From assembly GCA_038046805.1 (NCBI GenBank), contig JBBSVO010000003.1:83120-147119 (forward strand): DNA of 64,000 nucleotides. The letters run 5' to 3'. The DNA comes from Candidatus Micrarchaeota archaeon (lineage in GTDB: Archaea > Micrarchaeota > Micrarchaeia > Anstonellales > Bilamarchaeaceae). How positions within the stretch are numbered: position 1 is the first letter of the stretch; every line of letters begins with the position of its first letter. A program made the translations under genes and the position numbers. Below, in pieces: positions 59,433 through 64,000 of this stretch. The notes under the pieces are model-generated. The model was not told the DNA's origin. It worked only from the letters and a program-made list of their open reading frames with translations, and ran no database searches.

Positions 59433-59998
59433 AAACAGACACCAGAAGAAGAGAAATAGTGCGCCAGATGGTACACGCACTCATAGGACTGCTTATGATT
59501 GCAATCATGTTTTTGCTTGGGCGGGGATATCTTATAGCATTTCTATTTTTTGTTACGATAATAGGATTATTGATAATAAATTTCAGGACAAGTTGGGGAA
59601 AATTTCCAATTGCAGAATGGTTTGAGAAAAAACTTGAAAGAAACCATGTGAGGTTTCCCGGATACGGCTCATCGTGGTACGTGGTCGGAATAATCCTGAT
59701 GGCACTGGTAATTCATGATCCAAATAAGATAGCTGCAGGAATTTTTGTTCTTGCAATTGGGGATGCAGCCTCAACCATTTTCGGGATGAACGGAACGCAC
59801 AGGTGTCCGTATAATGAACGAAAGACGTTTGAGGGTTCGGCAGCATTCTTCGCATTTTCACTGATTGCGTTCATTTTCATCGGATGGAAGGCGATTCCAC
59901 TCGCACTTATTGCGGCAATCGTAGAGAGCCTTCCACTTCCATATGATGACAACATTGTGATTCCGGTTGTTGCAACCTCATTTTTCTTAATTGTTTGA
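59414..59998 (+). CDS. Dolichol/phytol kinase-like CTP-dependent kinase
   Basis: RQMVH, GDAASTIFG, KTFEGS, DDNIVIP. Confidence 0.92.
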   Translation: MGEEKIETDTRRREIVRQMVHALIGLLMIAIMFLLGRGYLIAFLFFVTIIGLLIINFRTSWGKFPIAEWFEKKLERNHVRFPGYGSSWYVVGIILMALVIHDPNKIAAGIFVLAIGDAASTIFGMNGTHRCPYNERKTFEGSAAFFAFSLIAFIFIGWKAIPLALIAAIVESLPLPYDDNIVIPVVATSFFLIV

Positions 59999-60001
59999 TA
60001 T

Positions 60002-60097
60002 CCCGAGACAGAAAAGTTTTTCCGTCTCGATCTATAGTGAACCAACGTTGTAGGATATTCGCCTGAAAGTCGGAGTTATTTAGTTGGTTCAGTATAC
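60002..60097 (-). repeat. Structured repeat (family M), copy without inserts
   Basis: Inverted repeat TATAGTGAACCAAC/GTTGGTTCAGTATA plus adjacent CGAGAC/GTCTCG hairpin; homologous to 16013-16200. Confidence 0.8.
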
Positions 60098-60109
60098 AAC
60101 GGTGCTCAC

Positions 60110-60892
60110 ATGCCAACGATTCTTTACACCTCAAAACAGCTCGCAAGCAAGAATATTGCAGACGAGCTGGAAAAAATTGGCAGGATAAATGCAATTGATA
60201 CAGAAGTTCAGACAGTTCTTGATATTCCTACTGACTTTGACGCGGATTGCGAGTACGTTCTGGTTTTAAGCCCGCACAAAAGTAAAGTTCCAAAGCCAAT
60301 GCTCACGATGCATTTTCCTGGGAACTGGGGTACTGCAGAAATGGGCGGAGAACCGGAAACACTCAACATTGCACATGCGGGCAAGCTCAAGCAACTATTC
60401 CTTGAGACAAAAAGGGCAAATGTTGCGCTTGGACTTAACTGGGAAGTAACAATCGAGGCAGATCATCACGGACCAACCATGACCGAAAACGCGGTCCCGA
60501 TAATCTTCGTGGAAATTGGGAGTTCAGAAGCAGAATGGGGAAATAAACTGGCGGCACAGGTTCTCGCAACTGCAATAAACGGAATAATAAAAATAAAAAA
60601 CGATGAAGATAGTCAGAAATTCCGCACGTTTTTCGGAGTTGGCGGCGGCCATTATGCTAAAGAATTTTGCAGATTCGTGGAAAGCGAACAGGGAAAGGAA
60701 TGGGCAGTCGGACATATAATCCCGAAATACGCTATAGACAATGCGAGCGAGAGCGTGCTAATACAAGCAATAGAAAAAAATATGGGAAGAGTTGAGAAGG
60801 CAATTATCCTCAAGGATTCATTAAACGCAAAACAAAAGGAGAAAATCCTGGATTTCTGCAAATCTCACGACGTGCCTGCGGAACTTATTTAA
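60110..60892 (+). CDS. dtdA: D-aminoacyl-tRNA deacylase (archaeal DTD2)
   Basis: SPHKS, LTMHFPGN, EADHHGP, FVEIGS, GGGHYA, GHIIPKY. Confidence 0.93.
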   Translation: MPTILYTSKQLASKNIADELEKIGRINAIDTEVQTVLDIPTDFDADCEYVLVLSPHKSKVPKPMLTMHFPGNWGTAEMGGEPETLNIAHAGKLKQLFLETKRANVALGLNWEVTIEADHHGPTMTENAVPIIFVEIGSSEAEWGNKLAAQVLATAINGIIKIKNDEDSQKFRTFFGVGGGHYAKEFCRFVESEQGKEWAVGHIIPKYAIDNASESVLIQAIEKNMGRVEKAIILKDSLNAKQKEKILDFCKSHDVPAELI

Positions 60893-61028
60893 ATCCTTTC
60901 TGTGAATTGAGAATACGAACAAAAAGGGATTGAAATGGAAAAAGAAAGCGTCCTGCCGCAAAGGCTTGGAAGAACTCCGGATATTCTTGGAGTATTTCTT
61001 GGTCGTGGGCCGCTCTTGGGTGCAACCA

Positions 61029-61322
61029 ATGAAGGCGAAGAAAGCTAAAACCAAAGAAACAAAAAAACACAGCCACCACTCGCCCAGAATTCAATCCGAC
61101 CCTAAATTTTTGGTTTCTCCTTCTGTAGAAAATAATTCCGCACTGCGCACGCTGTTAATGCTTCACCAAAACAACACGTTTGCAGGTGACGATGCGAAAA
61201 TATTCGACTCGTTTTTGGCAAGATTTTACACAGAAAGGCTGGAAGAAGGGGAATTACGCGATTTCTTAAGGGATAATCCGGCAATAAGAAGAAAGATTTG
61301 GGAAGCTAAGCCGATAATCTGA
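61029..61322 (+). CDS. Hypothetical protein
   Basis: ORF from MKAKKAK; start uncertain. Confidence 0.5.
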   Translation: MKAKKAKTKETKKHSHHSPRIQSDPKFLVSPSVENNSALRTLLMLHQNNTFAGDDAKIFDSFLARFYTERLEEGELRDFLRDNPAIRRKIWEAKPII

Positions 61323-61338
61323 GTTCACAACACCGCAA

Positions 61339-61890
61339 CTAAAGCCCAAACGCTTTCCTGATTCTTGCTGCTTCAATTTCTTTTCCTTCAGACTCAAAAT
61401 CATCAGCCACACTTCTTGCAATTTGTTTCAGATTAATAGGCACTGTCTCGTCAGGCATTATCTCTGGCTGCAGTATATGGTAAACTGCATCAAGTAAACG
61501 AGCAATTTCAAACACCCCTGCCCTTATAAATCGTTCCAGCATTCTTTTTAGAGCAATACCGAATTCGTCAGATAGCTCGGAGTTTCTTGCGAAAATTGCT
61601 GCTTCGTGTGGCTTAGTTTCCATGAGCTTTGAGATCCACAATCTTGCCGCACGCTTTGCCTCTGTGGCCATATTGTGCTCTCGCGCAAACTGTGCTGCGC
61701 CGGGATATTTCTTTTCTCTCATAAGTCGTTTGAACGTTTTATCTGGGTCTTCGATTTCAGCAGTAGTATTCTCAGGGGCTACCTTTTTTGGGCCAAGGCT
61801 TTCTTCCACTGCCAGACTTCCTTTTACTACAAGCCTATGAGGAAACCTGATTAAATTAGAATCACCCGTTCCTCTTCTCTTGCGGACCAT
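61339..61890 (-). CDS. Hypothetical helical-repeat protein
   Basis: Repeated AAQFAR/AAIFAR/AARIR helices. Confidence 0.6.
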   Translation of the reverse strand: MVRKRRGTGDSNLIRFPHRLVVKGSLAVEESLGPKKVAPENTTAEIEDPDKTFKRLMREKKYPGAAQFAREHNMATEAKRAARLWISKLMETKPHEAAIFARNSELSDEFGIALKRMLERFIRAGVFEIARLLDAVYHILQPEIMPDETVPINLKQIARSVADDFESEGKEIEAARIRKAFGL

Positions 61891-61925
61891 ATAAACAACC
61901 AAAGCAAGATAATCAAAATGTGAAA

Positions 61926-61985
61926 TGCTAGACGCAGAACCATCAAAACACGGAACTCGAAACGCGAGACGCTAGACTTAAGACC
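61926..61985. repeat. Degenerate heptamer array
   Basis: CTAGACG CAGAAC.. CAAAACA CGGAACT CGAAACG CGAGACG CTAGACT TAAGACC. Confidence 0.75.
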
Positions 61986-61991
61986 ATTAAA

Positions 61992-62041
61992 TAAAAAGGG
62001 CGGAGTCTGGATTCGTTTGTTTCCAGGTTCCGCCCTTTTTA
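61992..62041 (-). terminator. Strong hairpin with T-tracts on both strands, just 3' of 5S rRNA
   Basis: TAAAAAGGGCGGA...TCCGCCCTTTTTA; terminator role is inferred. Confidence 0.5.
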
Positions 62042-62047
62042 CGAAAG

Positions 62048-62162
62048 TATCAGCAGCAGCATGGGTTCCCACCCATAGGGTAGTACAAACATTGCCGTGA
62101 AGGGGCTTAACTTCTGTGTTCGGGATGGGAACAGGTGAACCCCCTTCCTATGGCCGCTGACA
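62048..62162 (-). rRNA. rrf: 5S rRNA, unlinked from 16S/23S in this window
   Basis: TGTCAGCGGCCATAGG...CACCTGTTCCCATCCCGAACACAGAAGTTAAGCC...GTACT...GGGAA...GCTGCTGATA. Confidence 0.93.
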
Positions 62163-62219
62163 AGCAAAATCTATGTATGATTATGTTTAAAAGGGTTTCC
62201 AGAGACAGATTGCTACAGG

Positions 62220-63200
62220 ATGATCAATATGCCAGCCAAAAAAACGAAAAAAGAAACTGAAGTCAAAGTGAGCATTCCGGTGGAAAAAGTAAGCCTTCCA
62301 CAATCTCAGGCACCCACAGTCCAGCCTGCCGAGGAAAAGAAAGGCTGGTTTCCAAAGATAGATTCAGCGTTGGAAATGTATAGTCTGCTTGTAAAACAGA
62401 ATTGGAAAGGACTATTCATAGATGGACTAAAAATAGGCGGATTACAGTTGATAGTATCTGCCATAACCTTGACCCTCTTGGGTATACTGGCGTTCACATT
62501 ATTTGCTTCGATTATGCAGGCATTGGAAAAAGGGGATATTACAACGGTGTTGTCTGGAATTGGTCCAAGTATAATAATAATCCTTACAGTGTTTTTACCA
62601 ATAGCCCTTGTTTCTGCCGCGATTCAGGGAATTCTCAGCTTTACGATGTTTCCGGCAGTTGAGGAACGGGCAAACGGAAGGATAGTAGACATATTTGCAA
62701 AATTCAAAGAACTTGCATTTCCTGCGATAGGTTATACGTTAGTGGTTACGATCATATCAATCATTTTGCTCCTTCCGCTAATCATTGGGATTATTTCTAA
62801 AGAATTTGCAATTATTTGCCTGTTTGCAATAATTGGCGGAGCGGCATTTTTGATATTTGCATTTTCAATTCAATTCGCAGGATGGGAACTTACAGTGGGA
62901 AAGGCAGGCGTATTTGAAAGTCTGAAACGATCACATGCGCTAGTAAAGAAAAACATTGGTGGAACGATTGTTTTTGACATAATTTTGGTAGTTGTGTCAA
63001 TACTCATAAGTATTCCATTCAGCATTCCGTCAATCCTGGTTTCTTTACTAACGATGAGTACGGATTGGTTACCCGCATTTATTATTAAACAAGCTTCCAG
63101 CTTAATCATAAATTTCGTTTTCACGGGGGTAACTCTTGCACTAATAATGACGCTTAGTTACTCGTACTGGAAAACATTAAGACAAAACACTGGAAACTGA
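62220..63200 (+). CDS. Multi-pass membrane protein
   Basis: About six TMs; ESLKRSHALVKKN motif. Confidence 0.8.
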   Translation: MINMPAKKTKKETEVKVSIPVEKVSLPQSQAPTVQPAEEKKGWFPKIDSALEMYSLLVKQNWKGLFIDGLKIGGLQLIVSAITLTLLGILAFTLFASIMQALEKGDITTVLSGIGPSIIIILTVFLPIALVSAAIQGILSFTMFPAVEERANGRIVDIFAKFKELAFPAIGYTLVVTIISIILLLPLIIGIISKEFAIICLFAIIGGAAFLIFAFSIQFAGWELTVGKAGVFESLKRSHALVKKNIGGTIVFDIILVVVSILISIPFSIPSILVSLLTMSTDWLPAFIIKQASSLIINFVFTGVTLALIMTLSYSYWKTLRQNTGN

Positions 63201-63292
63201 TTCAAAACCAGAAGCCAGACTGTGAACGCAAGACAGGATTCAAAACTAGAGACAACTATGCTAGACTCGAAACGCTGAACTCTAGACTCAAC
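63190..63292. repeat. Degenerate heptamer array
   Basis: CCAGACT GTGAACG CAAGACA ... CTAGACT CGAAACG CTGAACT CTAGACT. Confidence 0.75.
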
Positions 63293-63308
63293 AAAGGAGA
63301 CAAAGACT

Positions 63309-64000
63309 ATGATACCGCATTGGGCAGAGCAACTGGCTCAAAGAATTATAACCGAAAAAAAGGAGCCGTACATTGTGAGCGCAGGCATAACCACTTCAGG
63401 GCCTGCACACCTGGGCACGCTATGCGAATTCCTTTTTCCAGGAACAATAGCAAAGGCAATTGAAAAACAAAGCTGGAAAAATTGCAAATTCTATTTTTTC
63501 GCGGATATATTCGACGCATTTGACTCGATTCCGTTGTCAATGGAAAAGTACTCAAAAGAGCTTGAGCCGCATCTGGGAAAGCCATTATGCGACGTGCCTG
63601 ACCCAACCGGAAAAAGCAAAAGCTTTGGCGACCATTTCTTAGATGAAGTGAGGGAATTAATGAAGCTATTTGGAGTGGAAGCAGAAGTAGTTAGAATAAA
63701 CGAATGGTATGCTTCTGGGAAAATCGACAAACACATTAAATTCTTCCTTGAAAACGAAGCGCAGGCAAATGAAATAATAGAAAGGACATCTGGGAAAACC
63801 AATTCAAAGGACTGGAGCGCGATAATGCCTGTTTGCGCAAAATGCGGAAAGATTGCTACAACGCGCGTTACATCGCACGATTCTGAAAATTACGAATATG
63901 TATGCGACAGGAATGTAAAATACACAACTGGATGTGGGTTCAACGGAAAAAACAGCATTTACGATCATAAGTGCAAATTAGTCTGGAGATTGCACTGGCC
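63309..64000 (+). CDS. lysS: Lysine--tRNA ligase, class I (partial, runs off window)
   Basis: Not in ORF track. MIPHWAEQLA...SAGITTSGPAHLGTLCE...DIFDAFD...LGKPLCDVPDP...PVCAKCGKI...KLVWRLHW. Confidence 0.95.
   Translation, partial: MIPHWAEQLAQRIITEKKEPYIVSAGITTSGPAHLGTLCEFLFPGTIAKAIEKQSWKNCKFYFFADIFDAFDSIPLSMEKYSKELEPHLGKPLCDVPDPTGKSKSFGDHFLDEVRELMKLFGVEAEVVRINEWYASGKIDKHIKFFLENEAQANEIIERTSGKTNSKDWSAIMPVCAKCGKIATTRVTSHDSENYEYVCDRNVKYTTGCGFNGKNSIYDHKCKLVWRLHW

Noticed and set aside
60940..61030. c-di-GMP-II riboswitch (GTGCAACC) or 37-aa peptide MEKESVLPQ...
   Set aside because: Only a short motif matches and the rest of the aptamer is not evident; the peptide has no supporting evidence.
61926..63292. 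CRISPR array
   Set aside because: No constant repeat with unique spacers and no cas genes; these are degenerate heptamer tracts.

Overview
Archaeal chromosomal segment, most consistent with a DPANN lineage such as Micrarchaeota (inference from archaeal-type ThrRS/AlaRS/CCA/Nop5/DTD2/PurP, class I LysRS, bacterial-type gyrase, unlinked 5S rRNA and intron-rich tRNAs). Housekeeping genes (gyrB, intein-containing gyrA, tpiA, hisS, alaS, thrS, lysS, cca, two purP-like genes, uppS) are interspersed with lineage-specific ORFs. The most striking signal is non-coding. All six tRNA genes found carry introns (nine in total, six non-canonical in D- or T-loops), and most of the introns are built from repeat families that also occur elsewhere in the window. 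One family is a ~60-nt double hairpin with compensatory base changes that also lies beside a stand-alone IS200/IS605 TnpA gene. Two independent filled/empty allele pairs (tRNA-Lys/Thr vs tRNA-Gly introns; repeat at 16.0-16.2 kb vs 60.0-60.1 kb) show double-hairpin cassettes present or absent at defined points inside other structured repeats. This suggests a nested REP/REPIN-like system that uses BHB tRNA introns as safe harbours. Other oddities: an archaeal GGDEF protein, a beta-barrel-like secreted protein, a SelO-like ORF, and two Hin-type HTH genes sharing an upstream motif. All calls come from reading the sequence by eye; no searches were run.
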